Notes under the pieces: generated by a model
The model's database searches: none
What the model was told of the DNA's origin: nothing
The model's input: only the letters and a program-made list of their open reading frames with translations
Source of the DNA: a virus
Reading direction: 5' to 3' (one strand)
DNA length: 61,643 nt
Virus record (IMG/VR): IMGVR_UViG_3300034691_000060
Coordinates: 1-61,643 of that record
Shown here: positions 16,522-25,140 of the stretch, one piece after another
How positions within the stretch are numbered: position 1 is the first letter of the stretch
Layout: every line of letters starts with the position of its first letter
Program-made: the position numbers and the translations under genes

Positions 16522-18387
16522 ATGGTCTCCAAGGTTAGAACCCACCGCAGCAACACCGCCGGCTCGCGCCCTGCGGCCAACTCGCGGCGCTCGGGCGAGC
16601 TGTACATCAACCTGGCCGACCGGCAGATCGGGTTCTTCGACGAATCCGAGGTCCCGCGCGACGCCATTCCGATCCGCTTCTATACCGACACCGCCGTCTA
16701 TGCCGCGGGCGACTTCGTGGTGCGTAACGGCACGCTGCTCAAATCCAAGGCGGACTTGTCCCCCAAGGCGTTCGACCTGGCCGACTGGGACTCGCCGATC
16801 TCGCTGACCGGCTACGTGCTCAAGGCCGGCGATACCCTGCTCGGGCCGCTGGTGCTGCCAGGGGCGCCGACGCTCGATCTCCAGGCGGCGACCAAGAAGT
16901 ACGTGGACGAGACGGTGGCGGCCCATCCCGGGGTGGCAGACCACACCCAGCTGACCAACCGCGCCGCGGCCGACGCCCATCCGATGACGGCGATCACCGG
17001 GCTGGCGAGCGCCCTGGCCTCCCTGGCGACGCCCGCTCACAACGGACTGACCGGGCGGGACATTGCCGACGCGCACCCGAGCGGTGCCATCACCGGGCTG
17101 GATGCCGCGCTCGCGGCTTACCAGGCCGCCATCGTCGCCCTTCAGGGAAAGACCCACAACGCCTTGACCGGACGCGACGCCGCCGACGCGCATCCGCTGG
17201 CATCGATCACCGGGCTGGCCGCGGCATTGGGCGCCGCCATTTCCGATACCCCGCCGACGAGTCCGCCGACCGGACGGCTGTGGTACGACACCGGCACGAC
17301 CGGGCGCATGTTCGTGTGGAATGGGACGCAGTGGGTGGATGCCAGCCCGGCGCTGATTCAGGACCTGACGGGGTATTTGCAGAAGACCGACTTCGAGTCG
17401 CGGATGCTGAGCTATCCTGGGCGGAATAAGATCATTAATGGAGATATGGCAATCTTCCAGCGCAATACAGGGAGTGCGATTAGCCCCAACAACACTGGCG
17501 TATATACGTTAGATCGGTGGATGGCTAATACTATCGGTGGGGTTGGAACGGGTGTCGCGTCTGTAAATAAAGTTGCTGGAGGCCCAAGCGGGTTTCCGTA
17601 TAGCTTGAAGTGGATAACAACAAATGCGAAACCTGTATCGTCAACGACAGATAGCTTTATTGTTTACCAGCATATAGAAGGCGATTACATCACTGATTTA
17701 CTTTATGGTACAGCGAATGCTAAGACCGTATCGCTGCAATTTAGAGTTATGTCGAGTTTGGTTGGTACGTTTTCGGTTGCTATACGCCCTATATGCGGTT
17801 CAGGAACTATTCTTCGCTCTTATGTTACAACATACACGATTAGCAATGCCAATACTTGGGAGCTTAAAGAAGTAGTTATTCCTGGCGATATAAACGGATC
17901 TGCGACCGATGCAGGAAATACAGTAGGAATGACTTTAGCTTTCGATTTGGGTAATGGAAGTTATTATGCAGGCCCTGGGAATACATGGGTGGCGGGTACT
18001 GCGTATTCGGTAGCAGGCACAGTACGCGTCATAGGTACTTTAAACGCTACCTGGCAAATCACAGGTGTGCAATTAGAGGTAGGTAGCAAGGCGACACCAT
18101 TCGAGAATCGGCATCCTGGGATCGAGTTAGCTTTGTGTAAGAGGTACTATACTCAACAGCGTTTTGTGGCTTGTTGGGGGGGGATAGGTGGAAATTATTT
18201 TAAGTTACTCGTCAATTATCCGCCTATGAGGGCTATTCCAACGGTTTCCGAATTGGTTGTTGGTGTCTTAAATTTAGGTGCTAGATCTTATGCTCCTGGA
18301 ATATCCTATTGCGAGGTGGATGCAGTTGCAGTTGCTACGGGATTAACTGAACTCGGAGCAATTATAGGGCTAGATGCGGAGCTATAG
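16522..18387 (+). CDS. tail fibre protein with a low-GC C-terminal receptor-binding module
   Basis: N-terminal SGELYINLADRQIGFFD. Three DAHPxxAITGL repeats. The last ~330 codons are visibly AT-rich. Confidence 0.85.
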   Translation: MVSKVRTHRSNTAGSRPAANSRRSGELYINLADRQIGFFDESEVPRDAIPIRFYTDTAVYAAGDFVVRNGTLLKSKADLSPKAFDLADWDSPISLTGYVLKAGDTLLGPLVLPGAPTLDLQAATKKYVDETVAAHPGVADHTQLTNRAAADAHPMTAITGLASALASLATPAHNGLTGRDIADAHPSGAITGLDAALAAYQAAIVALQGKTHNALTGRDAADAHPLASITGLAAALGAAISDTPPTSPPTGRLWYDTGTTGRMFVWNGTQWVDASPALIQDLTGYLQKTDFESRMLSYPGRNKIINGDMAIFQRNTGSAISPNNTGVYTLDRWMANTIGGVGTGVASVNKVAGGPSGFPYSLKWITTNAKPVSSTTDSFIVYQHIEGDYITDLLYGTANAKTVSLQFRVMSSLVGTFSVAIRPICGSGTILRSYVTTYTISNANTWELKEVVIPGDINGSATDAGNTVGMTLAFDLGNGSYYAGPGNTWVAGTAYSVAGTVRVIGTLNATWQITGVQLEVGSKATPFENRHPGIELALCKRYYTQQRFVACWGGIGGNYFKLLVNYPPMRAIPTVSELVVGVLNLGARSYAPGISYCEVDAVAVATGLTELGAIIGLDAEL

Positions 18388-18389
18388 CT

Positions 18390-18800
18390 ATGTATAAGAT
18401 ACTCGCTAACGGTATGGTACAGCGGCTATCCGATGGTGCTTACATTCCGCCGGACGACGCCAACTCCGACTATGCGGAATACAAGAAATGGGCGACCGCG
18501 CTCGGCCTCTATCCGACGATTCGCGAGGGCACCGACGCCCCGCTCGGCTGGGCCGACCCGGTCTCCGAGACCCGTAACGGGCACAAGGTCGGCGTGATCT
18601 ATCCGCTCGGCACGCCCGCCCAGATCGCTGCCGCGAAGGCCGAGAAGGCGCTTGCGGCCCAACGCGCGGTGTGGGCAGAGCGGGCTGAGAAGCGCCGCCG
18701 CGAGGCCGCCATCCGCACCCTGAAACCAACCCTGGTCGACAACTCGCCCGCGTCCGTGCAGGCGCGGCTCGACGCACTCAGGGTCCTCACCGGAGCCTAA
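18390..18800 (+). CDS. hypothetical protein (possible fibre assembly factor)
   Basis: 136-aa ORF directly after the fibre gene. The functional guess is positional only. Confidence 0.6.
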   Translation: MYKILANGMVQRLSDGAYIPPDDANSDYAEYKKWATALGLYPTIREGTDAPLGWADPVSETRNGHKVGVIYPLGTPAQIAAAKAEKALAAQRAVWAERAEKRRREAAIRTLKPTLVDNSPASVQARLDALRVLTGA

Positions 18801-18803
18801 CCA

Positions 18804-19079
18804 ATGGCCTTTATCTGCAAGTTCGATGTGAACAACCCCGTCGCGGCAGAGCTGCTGGACGCCGCCGATAAGATCCTCGACGGGCTTGCGACCCTGCACC
18901 GCTTCGAGGCCACACGCGCCGGGACGGTGAACGAGGGATTGCCGATCTTCGTCTCGGTCTTTGGGGTGACCGCCAACGCCCAAGCGTTTAGCGATCGCAT
19001 GGGCGCGGTCAACGCCGGGACCGGAACATTGGCGGCGCTCAAAGAGATGTGCGCCGAAATGGTCGAAGCCGGAGCGTAA
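18804..19079 (+). CDS. hypothetical protein (91 aa)
   Basis: ORF between fibre genes. Confidence 0.55.
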   Translation: MAFICKFDVNNPVAAELLDAADKILDGLATLHRFEATRAGTVNEGLPIFVSVFGVTANAQAFSDRMGAVNAGTGTLAALKEMCAEMVEAGA

Positions 19080-19085
19080 GCCGCC

Positions 19086-19703
19086 ATGCCCTTCTCCTTC
19101 CCGTCCAGCCCCACCGTCGGCCAGACCTACGCCGGGCCGAACAACGTCGTCTACACCTGGAACGGCACCGCCTGGACGGGAGGGTCGCAGTCGGCCGGGT
19201 TCGTGGCCAAGTCGGGCGACTCCATGACGGGGGCGCTCACGCTTTCTGGCGCGCCTGTGAATACGCTGCATGCCGCGACGAAGGCGTATGCGGATGGGAA
19301 GATTGCCAAGTCCGGCGACACGATGACCGGGCCGCTGGTCGTTCCGACACTGACAGTTGGGACATTAGGAATTCCTGGAGAGCGCCAATGGACAGACTTT
19401 ACTAGCCAGAGAACGCTGGGAAGCACTTATCAAAACGATACATCGTTTGACATTGAGGTATCCATTACGCTTATGCAGGCGGCAGGAGCTGCATTGTCGA
19501 TGGGGGCCGAGCTAAGGGTTGGGGATAACGTAGATGGAACTACACATATTATTGGCGACATGATCTACTTCCCAAGGGCAGGAGATAGTGCGGCCGGAAA
19601 TTTCTTTGCGACATTAAAATGCAGAATACCAAGAATGAAGAAGTATTCCGTAAGAAACTTTACGTTGGCTACTTTGTACAAATGGAGCGAGTTAAGGTCT
19701 TAG
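19086..19703 (+). CDS. short tail fibre protein with a low-GC C-terminal module
   Basis: PSSPTVGQTY...YTWNGTAWT and SGDSMTGALTLSG/SGDTMTGPLVVP fibre motifs. The last ~115 codons are AT-rich. Confidence 0.8.
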   Translation: MPFSFPSSPTVGQTYAGPNNVVYTWNGTAWTGGSQSAGFVAKSGDSMTGALTLSGAPVNTLHAATKAYADGKIAKSGDTMTGPLVVPTLTVGTLGIPGERQWTDFTSQRTLGSTYQNDTSFDIEVSITLMQAAGAALSMGAELRVGDNVDGTTHIIGDMIYFPRAGDSAAGNFFATLKCRIPRMKKYSVRNFTLATLYKWSELRS

Positions 19704-19712
19704 CGAAAGAAA

Positions 19713-20009
19713 ATGAGCCGCCCGGCTTGGTTTGTGGCCACCCTGTTGCTCATGCTCCTGATGCTGATGACGGCGCATCTCTACGTTATTCGGGTCGGCA
19801 TCCGGGAGTGCGACGAGTACGCGCAGGTGTTGATCGAGCAGGCGAAGCGACTGGCCAAAGACCAAGCCGCCCAAGTCAAGATCGAAGCCAACAATACCGA
19901 ATGTAACAACATCGAGGACGACTTCAGTAAGCTCGCCGCCCAGTACATCTCCCTGGTGCTCGCCTTGCTGGGTGGCGCTGGGATCACCGCATCGGGGAAG
20001 ACGCCATGA
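19713..20009 (+). CDS. membrane protein (N-terminal TM, coiled coil, C-terminal hydrophobic segment); lysis-cassette candidate
   Basis: WFVATLLLMLLMLMTAHLYVI and LVLALLGGAGI segments. Confidence 0.6.
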   Translation: MSRPAWFVATLLLMLLMLMTAHLYVIRVGIRECDEYAQVLIEQAKRLAKDQAAQVKIEANNTECNNIEDDFSKLAAQYISLVLALLGGAGITASGKTP

Positions 20010-20236
20010 GCATCCTAGACCACAACATCGACGCCAAGTCCGTGACCCAGTCCACCAGCGCCCGCGGGCTGTTCGTGGCCATGGCCGCTTCGGTCGCCCC
20101 CAGCGTGGCGTCTTCCCTGGGGATGCCGGCCGAGGAGCTGGTCTCCGGGGTCTCCGCCGTGGTGCAGGCTGGCGGGTTCCTGTGGTCCCTCTACGGCATC
20201 CTCAGCCGCTGCGACATCAAGCTGCCGTGGCAGTAA
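20006..20236 (+). CDS. holin-like small membrane protein
   Basis: 76 aa with two hydrophobic stretches (GLFVAMAASVAPSVA, VVQAGGFLWSLYGIL). The call is positional. Confidence 0.5.
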   Translation: MSILDHNIDAKSVTQSTSARGLFVAMAASVAPSVASSLGMPAEELVSGVSAVVQAGGFLWSLYGILSRCDIKLPWQ

Positions 20237-20243
20237 GCGGCAG

Positions 20244-20453
20244 ATGTTGATCAAGCTCTCCGACGGGTGTTACGTGGCAGCCGACACGATTGCCGAGGTC
20301 AAGGTGAACGACTACGGCAACAGCATTACCGTGCGAACGAAAAGCGGGATCGGGCACTGCCACGAGCCGGGGTATGGGCAGGGTGTTTACGATGCCCTTG
20401 CCGACCTGGTCAGGCAGATAAACGAAGCAACCTCTTCTGGCGAGAACACATGA
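20244..20453 (+). CDS. hypothetical protein (69 aa)
   Basis: ORF with ATGA junction downstream. Confidence 0.5.
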   Translation: MLIKLSDGCYVAADTIAEVKVNDYGNSITVRTKSGIGHCHEPGYGQGVYDALADLVRQINEATSSGENT

Positions 20454-20884
20454 CCGAATCTATGAATAAGCTTCTTGGGACCATCTTCTTCGCGTGCCTT
20501 ATGGCCGTCGTCTGGGGGATGTGGACAACCCTGGCCAATGCGGCACCCGTGACGGTGGGCAGCGACTGCGCCTTCGCCTGGGATTACCCGACTACCGAGC
20601 AAGTCAAAATCGACGGGTTCCGGCTGTACCTGGACGACAAGGTCCAGAACACCGCGGCCCCCACGGATCGGCAGATGTACTGCAAGCCCATGGCGCCCGG
20701 GGTCGTCCATACGGCAACGCTGGTGGCGTTTAACGCGAAGGGCGAGAGCCCGCGGTCGGCCGCCGTGGAGGTATTCCTGCCGGTCGCCGGGCCGGTCATC
20801 CCGCCCCCTCAAGAGATTCAGCTGCCCGTGGCGCCGACCGGGTTCCGCACGGTGGTGACGATTAGCGTGGTGCCTGCCCCATGA
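20450..20884 (+). CDS. secreted beta-sandwich (FN3-like) protein, paralog 1
   Basis: Signal peptide LLGTIFFACLMAVVWGMWTTLANA. Body F.WDY...IDGFRLYLDDK. Ends PVAPTGFRTV. Confidence 0.65.
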   Translation: MTESMNKLLGTIFFACLMAVVWGMWTTLANAAPVTVGSDCAFAWDYPTTEQVKIDGFRLYLDDKVQNTAAPTDRQMYCKPMAPGVVHTATLVAFNAKGESPRSAAVEVFLPVAGPVIPPPQEIQLPVAPTGFRTVVTISVVPAP

Positions 20885-21246
20885 AATGCCCCTCCGTCGC
20901 GTTCGTGATCGTGCTGGCAGCGCTTCCCATCATCGGGAAAGCGGCAACCTTTACCTCGGCCAATCGGTTTTGCTGGGACTACAACCTTCAGGCTTCCGCC
21001 GGGCTGGACGGGTTCAAGGTGTTTGTCGACGGCAAGCAGGCGAAGGTCGCGCCGCGCTACTCGACCTGCGTCTTTATCAACGACATTGCGTTCACTCCCG
21101 GCCCGCATACCTTTGAGGTCGCCGCCTTCCGCGGGGCCGAAATGAGTCCGAAGACGGCGCCGGTCGTGGCCGAGTACGTGGCGGGCGTGGTCGCGCCGCC
21201 GGCCATCGTGCTGCCTTCCGCGCCGACCGGGTTTAGGGTGCTTTGA
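20881..21246 (+). CDS. secreted beta-sandwich (FN3-like) protein, paralog 2
   Basis: Signal peptide MKCPSVAFVIVLAALPIIGKA. Body FCWDY...LDGFKVFVDGK. Ends PSAPTGFRVL. Confidence 0.65.
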   Translation: MKCPSVAFVIVLAALPIIGKAATFTSANRFCWDYNLQASAGLDGFKVFVDGKQAKVAPRYSTCVFINDIAFTPGPHTFEVAAFRGAEMSPKTAPVVAEYVAGVVAPPAIVLPSAPTGFRVL

Positions 21247-21875
21247 GCCATTGGCTTTACCCGATCTACGTCAACATCGATACGCCGAGAAACCCCCAGG
21301 AAGGGATTATCCGCTCGGACAAAACGGTCATCGACGCGGCGGCTTTTCGGCGAGAAGTGGATGCGATTCGCGAGGAAATGGTGGAAACGATACGAAGCAA
21401 AGCGCTGGAGATCCTGCTGCCGTTGCTCAAAGAATGCGAGGGCTGCCGGCTGCATGCGTACCGCGATTCGGTCGGCGTCTGGACCATCGGTTACGGGCAC
21501 ACCCAAGGGGTGACGCCAGGCCAGTGCATCTGCCAGGAAGAAGCGGACCTCATGCTGGAACGGGAGGCGGCCAACTTCCTGGAGCAGGTGGGGCGGTGCG
21601 TAACGGAGGGCGTCAGCGCAAACCAGCTGGCGGCCATGACTTCGCTGGCGTACAACATCGGTGTTGGCGCGTTTCGCAAGTCGACGCTGTTGCGCCGGGT
21701 CAACGAGGGCAAGCCATGGTTAGCCGCCGATGAGTTTCTTCGCTGGGACAAGGGCGGCGGTCGAAAGATTGCTGGACTCACGCATCGCCGCCAGAAAGAA
21801 CGGGCCATCTTCTTACGAGAAACCGATGCCGGAACCGACGATTCCCCCAGAGAACCTCACGCAGTACGCGCTTGA
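21243..21875 (+). CDS. endolysin, GH24 (T4/lambda-type lysozyme) with ~60-aa N-terminal extension
   Basis: ECEGCRLHAYRDSVGVWTIGYGHT catalytic-region pattern. Confidence 0.85.
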   Translation: MSHWLYPIYVNIDTPRNPQEGIIRSDKTVIDAAAFRREVDAIREEMVETIRSKALEILLPLLKECEGCRLHAYRDSVGVWTIGYGHTQGVTPGQCICQEEADLMLEREAANFLEQVGRCVTEGVSANQLAAMTSLAYNIGVGAFRKSTLLRRVNEGKPWLAADEFLRWDKGGGRKIAGLTHRRQKERAIFLRETDAGTDDSPREPHAVRA

Positions 21876-22215
21876 GAACATCTCGCGGCGCATAGACTCG
21901 CTAGAGGAGGAGGTAAAAGGCTTGCACGACGCACACCGCACCACGGTCGAAGCGATGCGAGCGAATACCACGGCGATGGAGGGACTGAACCGCACCATCG
22001 AACGGATCGAGTCCACGGTGGAAAAGAAGGTGATGTCCCTCTCCGACAACTATTCGCAGCACATCCTGGACACGGCGAAAGACCAGGCGAGTCTCAACTA
22101 TCTCGCACTGAAAGCGTGGGGCACGACGCTGGTGGCCATCGGGTCTACCCTGCTGCTGCTGTGGGCCTACCGCGCGCCGCTGATGGCGATGCTCTCGGGG
22201 GGAGGCGGGAAGTGA
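21826..22215 (+). CDS. coiled-coil protein with a C-terminal TM segment (lysis accessory candidate)
   Basis: MPEPTIPP... start inside the endolysin 3' end. C-terminus TTLVAIGSTLLLLWAY. Confidence 0.5.
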   Translation: MPEPTIPPENLTQYALENISRRIDSLEEEVKGLHDAHRTTVEAMRANTTAMEGLNRTIERIESTVEKKVMSLSDNYSQHILDTAKDQASLNYLALKAWGTTLVAIGSTLLLLWAYRAPLMAMLSGGGGK

Positions 22216-22637
22216 AACGGGAGACGCCGGAGGTCTACCGCTGCAAGACCCGGACGTGCCGGGCGTGGAACCACTGGCTGAACCCGTTCGGCAACTGGCT
22301 GGAACCCCTGCCCACCCCGACGCACAACCAGACGGCAGCAGAGCAGTCCCGGCTTCCTCCCGCCGTGTGGTGGGCGCTGCGCAATCCACTCACCAACCTG
22401 ACCCACTTCTGGCTGGGCATCGTGCCGGTCGGTGCCAGGTATGTCTGGGAGACGCCCGAGGCGCGCGGGTGGTCACGGGCGAAGCAGGGCAACTGGTCGT
22501 GGTGGGTCAAGCGCGGGCGTCTGCCGCTGCCGTATTACCGGGTGGACAAGCCGGCGTTCACCTTCTACGCCGGGTGGTCTAGCCGGGGGAATCTGGGGCT
22601 GGCCTTGCGGAAGAACTCCGGGGCCGCCGCGTCGTAA
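22212..22637 (+). CDS. hypothetical Trp-rich protein (141 aa)
   Basis: GTGA overlap start. Confidence 0.5.
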   Translation: MKRETPEVYRCKTRTCRAWNHWLNPFGNWLEPLPTPTHNQTAAEQSRLPPAVWWALRNPLTNLTHFWLGIVPVGARYVWETPEARGWSRAKQGNWSWWVKRGRLPLPYYRVDKPAFTFYAGWSSRGNLGLALRKNSGAAAS

Positions 22638-22648
22638 CGGAGACAGCC

Positions 22649-22936
22649 GTGAGCTACAACAGAAACCTCGCCCTTCTCGCCCGCTTCGGAGGCCCGGTCG
22701 TGCCTGGCGTCCAAGCGCTGCGCGACCTGGCGTTCACCCACAACATCTTCCTCCCAGGCGCCTGGGTCTCTCCGGTCGGGGCCGCCGCGGTCCTGTACCG
22801 CTGGGACCCGGCCAGCACCGACGCCGACGACGGCGATGTCACGGTCGCCGCGACGGGTCACGCCACGGCTGGCCGCTGGATCAAGTCGCCGGGACCGGTC
22901 GCCGTCGAAGCCGAACTCGACTGCGGCACCTATTAA
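22649..22936 (+). CDS. hypothetical protein (95 aa)
   Basis: GTG-start ORF. Confidence 0.5.
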   Translation: MSYNRNLALLARFGGPVVPGVQALRDLAFTHNIFLPGAWVSPVGAAAVLYRWDPASTDADDGDVTVAATGHATAGRWIKSPGPVAVEAELDCGTY

Positions 22937-22963
22937 CCCCCACCCACCCAGGAGACCCACGCC

Positions 22964-23179
22964 ATGGCAGACCCCCCCGTCGTTGTCGTTCCCAAAGGCC
23001 CCTCCGGCCTGGATGCCGTCGCCACCAAGTCCGGCGCTGTCGCCGGCACCCCGGCCAATGTCGACCCGGTGACCGCCACCTGGGCGGCTGTGGTGCCGAC
23101 GCTCAGCAACCCGTGCCGCATCGCCGACTTCCGACAGGACAGCCCCGGCGACGCCCCGGTCTTCCCTGCGGTTGCTTGA
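22964..23179 (+). CDS. hypothetical protein (71 aa)
   Basis: ORF whose stop overlaps the next ATG. Confidence 0.45.
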   Translation: MADPPVVVVPKGPSGLDAVATKSGAVAGTPANVDPVTATWAAVVPTLSNPCRIADFRQDSPGDAPVFPAVA

Positions 23180-23463
23180 TGGACCTGGCGACACAAGCCG
23201 CACTCGCCCGCGACCTGGCTGCGATGGAAAGCAGCCCGGCGTGGGAGGCGATCCGCGCGCACCTACGCGAGGCGTCGCTGGCATCCGTCAAAGCGCTGGG
23301 GGCACCAGGGACGATGCAGGAACAACAGGTCCACTTCACCCGTGGGGCGATCTGGGCCTTCGAGGAATTGCTGGCGTTGCCGCCTCGGTTACGCCTAGCG
23401 ATCGATAACGAGATCGCCATGGTCTCGGCCAAGGCCAAGCTCGCAGATAGAGAACACACATGA
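23179..23463 (+). CDS. hypothetical protein (94 aa)
   Basis: MDLATQAALA.... ATGA junction with the scaffold gene. Confidence 0.55.
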   Translation: MDLATQAALARDLAAMESSPAWEAIRAHLREASLASVKALGAPGTMQEQQVHFTRGAIWAFEELLALPPRLRLAIDNEIAMVSAKAKLADREHT

Positions 23464-24521
23464 GCGCAACGCCCGAAGACATCATTGCCCGTATTGCCGC
23501 ATCCCAACTGGGCCCCGGCCAGCCGCCTGCCGCCGCCGCGGTGCAGACCGGTCCCGCCGGCATGCCCGAGGGCGTTCCTGCAGGACCCCCGGCACCGCCG
23601 CCCGAGCCGCCTGCGACGCCGCCGACGCCCAGCGAGATCGCACAGCAGGCGCTGGCACCCAAGGACGAGGGCACCGCCATGGGTTCGCCCGCGGTGAGCT
23701 ACAAGGTGCCGTTCGGGGAGGGCGACGAGCGCGAGCTAACGCCGGATCAGATCAAGGGGACGTTCGACCGTTACGGGGCGTTGAACCATCGGCACGCCCA
23801 ACTGAAACCCTTCGTCGATCTGGGCGACGAGCTGATGAAGCGGGCCCCGCCCGGGACCGATGCCTCGGTCATCGCCCAGGCCATGGTCAAAGCGCTGACC
23901 CAAAACGTCCAGATGGGCGGGCAGCAGCAGGCACCCGCCGCGCCGGCGCCGCAGAAGGAAACCAGTAACGAGGATCTTTCCGAGCAGCTGCAAGCCTGGG
24001 AAAGGGACAACGCCGTCAGCCTGCCGCCCGGTTACAAAGAACTCATGTCCTCCGTAACAGGGACGACGGGGCAAATGAGTGCCATGCGCCAGATGTTGGA
24101 ACAAGTTCTCGGCCAGGCCCACGGCTCCGTGCAGGCGGCGCGCGAGTCGCACCAGCAGGGGCAACAGGACGCGGTCAAGACGCGCGAGCAGCACATCATA
24201 AATAACCTTAATCGTGTGCAGCAACAGCTGGGGCTTCCGGTCGAAAGCGCCCAAGATTTTCAAATGTTTACGGCAGAACGAGGGTACACGCTGGCGGACT
24301 TCGCCGACCTCGATCTGTTGATGAAAGTGGCGAGCGACTTCAAGGCCACGATGGGCAACGGCGAGCTGGAAAGGCTGCGGGCCATTCACAGCCGACGCCA
24401 AGCTTTCACCGGGGCAGCCGGCGGGAGCCCGGGCGCAGGACCTGGGGCAGCGCCGGACCCGGGCGCGGCTCGGCTCCAGGGGTTGACCGACTTCGCAATG
24501 AAGCAACGCGGGATGTCGTAA
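23460..24521 (+). CDS. scaffolding protein (putative)
   Basis: 353 aa, Pro/Ala-rich N-terminus then helical Q/E-rich region. Lies upstream of the capsid gene. Leader GAGAACACAC. Confidence 0.6.
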   Translation: MSATPEDIIARIAASQLGPGQPPAAAAVQTGPAGMPEGVPAGPPAPPPEPPATPPTPSEIAQQALAPKDEGTAMGSPAVSYKVPFGEGDERELTPDQIKGTFDRYGALNHRHAQLKPFVDLGDELMKRAPPGTDASVIAQAMVKALTQNVQMGGQQQAPAAPAPQKETSNEDLSEQLQAWERDNAVSLPPGYKELMSSVTGTTGQMSAMRQMLEQVLGQAHGSVQAARESHQQGQQDAVKTREQHIINNLNRVQQQLGLPVESAQDFQMFTAERGYTLADFADLDLLMKVASDFKATMGNGELERLRAIHSRRQAFTGAAGGSPGAGPGAAPDPGAARLQGLTDFAMKQRGMS

Positions 24522-24531
24522 CGCAAAGAAA

Positions 24532-24568
24532 AACGCCCCGGGGGATTGCTCCTCCGAGGCGTTCTTTG
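24532..24568 (+). terminator. possible hairpin terminator after the scaffold gene
   Basis: AACGCC...GGCGTT stem followed by CTTTGG. The U-tract is weak. Confidence 0.3.
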
Positions 24569-25025
24569 GTGCCATTCCCGGCCCAGCCATGTCCTGCCGA
24601 CCCCAGCCGTGTCGGCCGCTCCCTGCCCATCCATTCGCGTCCTCGCCATTCCTTGTCGGCCGCTCCTTGCCTGTTCCGCACCCAACCCAGCCGCGCCATG
24701 TCGGCCACTCCCTGCCGGTCCGCACCGCGCCTGTCCAGTCCGTGCCACGCCGCGTCGGCCGGTCCTATCCCGACCAGGCCGCGCCAAGCCAAGCCTCTTC
24801 GGCCTGTCCTAGCCTATCCCGGCCATTCCGGGCCTTGCCGCGTCTGCCACGCCACGCCCCTCCAAGCCCCGCCTATCCTCGTCGGCCTCTCCACGCCGCA
24901 CCAGTCCCTGCCCATCCAGGCCGCGTCTGCCACGCCACGCCAAGCCCGTCCTTGCCTCGCCTCTCCCTTCCTCGCCTTGTCTGCCAGTTCTAGCCTTGCC
25001 GTGTCTGCCTTCTCCCCGACCGGCT
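24560..25025. repeat. array A: C-rich degenerate tandem repeats (~10 units of ~40-50 bp)
   Basis: Units share the core YGTC(G/T)GCC-N-CTCC-N-TGCC at 24608, 24652, 24697, 24752, 24840, 24923, 24976. The 19-mer gcgtctgccacgccacgcc is exact at 24840 and 24923. Stop-free in all six frames. Confidence 0.8.
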
Positions 25026-25040
25026 ATTGTCGAGAGAAGT

Positions 25041-25060
25041 TGCAACCAGTCTAGGTTGCA
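25041..25060. promoter_or_regulatory. palindrome TGCAACC-N6-GGTTGCA at the end of array A
   Basis: Read directly; ~190 nt upstream of the capsid ATG. Confidence 0.35.
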
Positions 25061-25111
25061 GCCGGCACTCTGTCAAGGGCCACAGAAACCTTTCTTGGGT
25101 TCAGTTCGTAA

Positions 25112-25140
25112 TTGACTGATTGACAACGGCGGACTAACCT
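25112..25140 (+). promoter_or_regulatory. sigma70-like promoter candidate for the capsid gene
   Basis: TTGACT-N17-TAACCT in a low-GC spacer. Confidence 0.35.

Noticed and set aside
24560-25025. Possible CRISPR array (also considered for 56958..57445 and 58764..58985).
   Set aside because: The units are degenerate and contiguous, with no unique spacers of constant length. There are no cas genes and no leader. These are tandem degenerate repeats, not CRISPR.
24386-25054. Track ORFs crossing the repeat arrays. Examples are 24566..25054 (+), 24386..24787 (-), 24809..25045 (-), 57069..57440 (-), 57124..57528 (+) and 58704..58946 (-).
   Set aside because: All six frames are open only because the arrays almost lack A on one strand. 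The products are Arg/Gly/Pro or Pro/Ser/Ala low-complexity sequence. There are no SD/CA leaders, and several overlap real genes.
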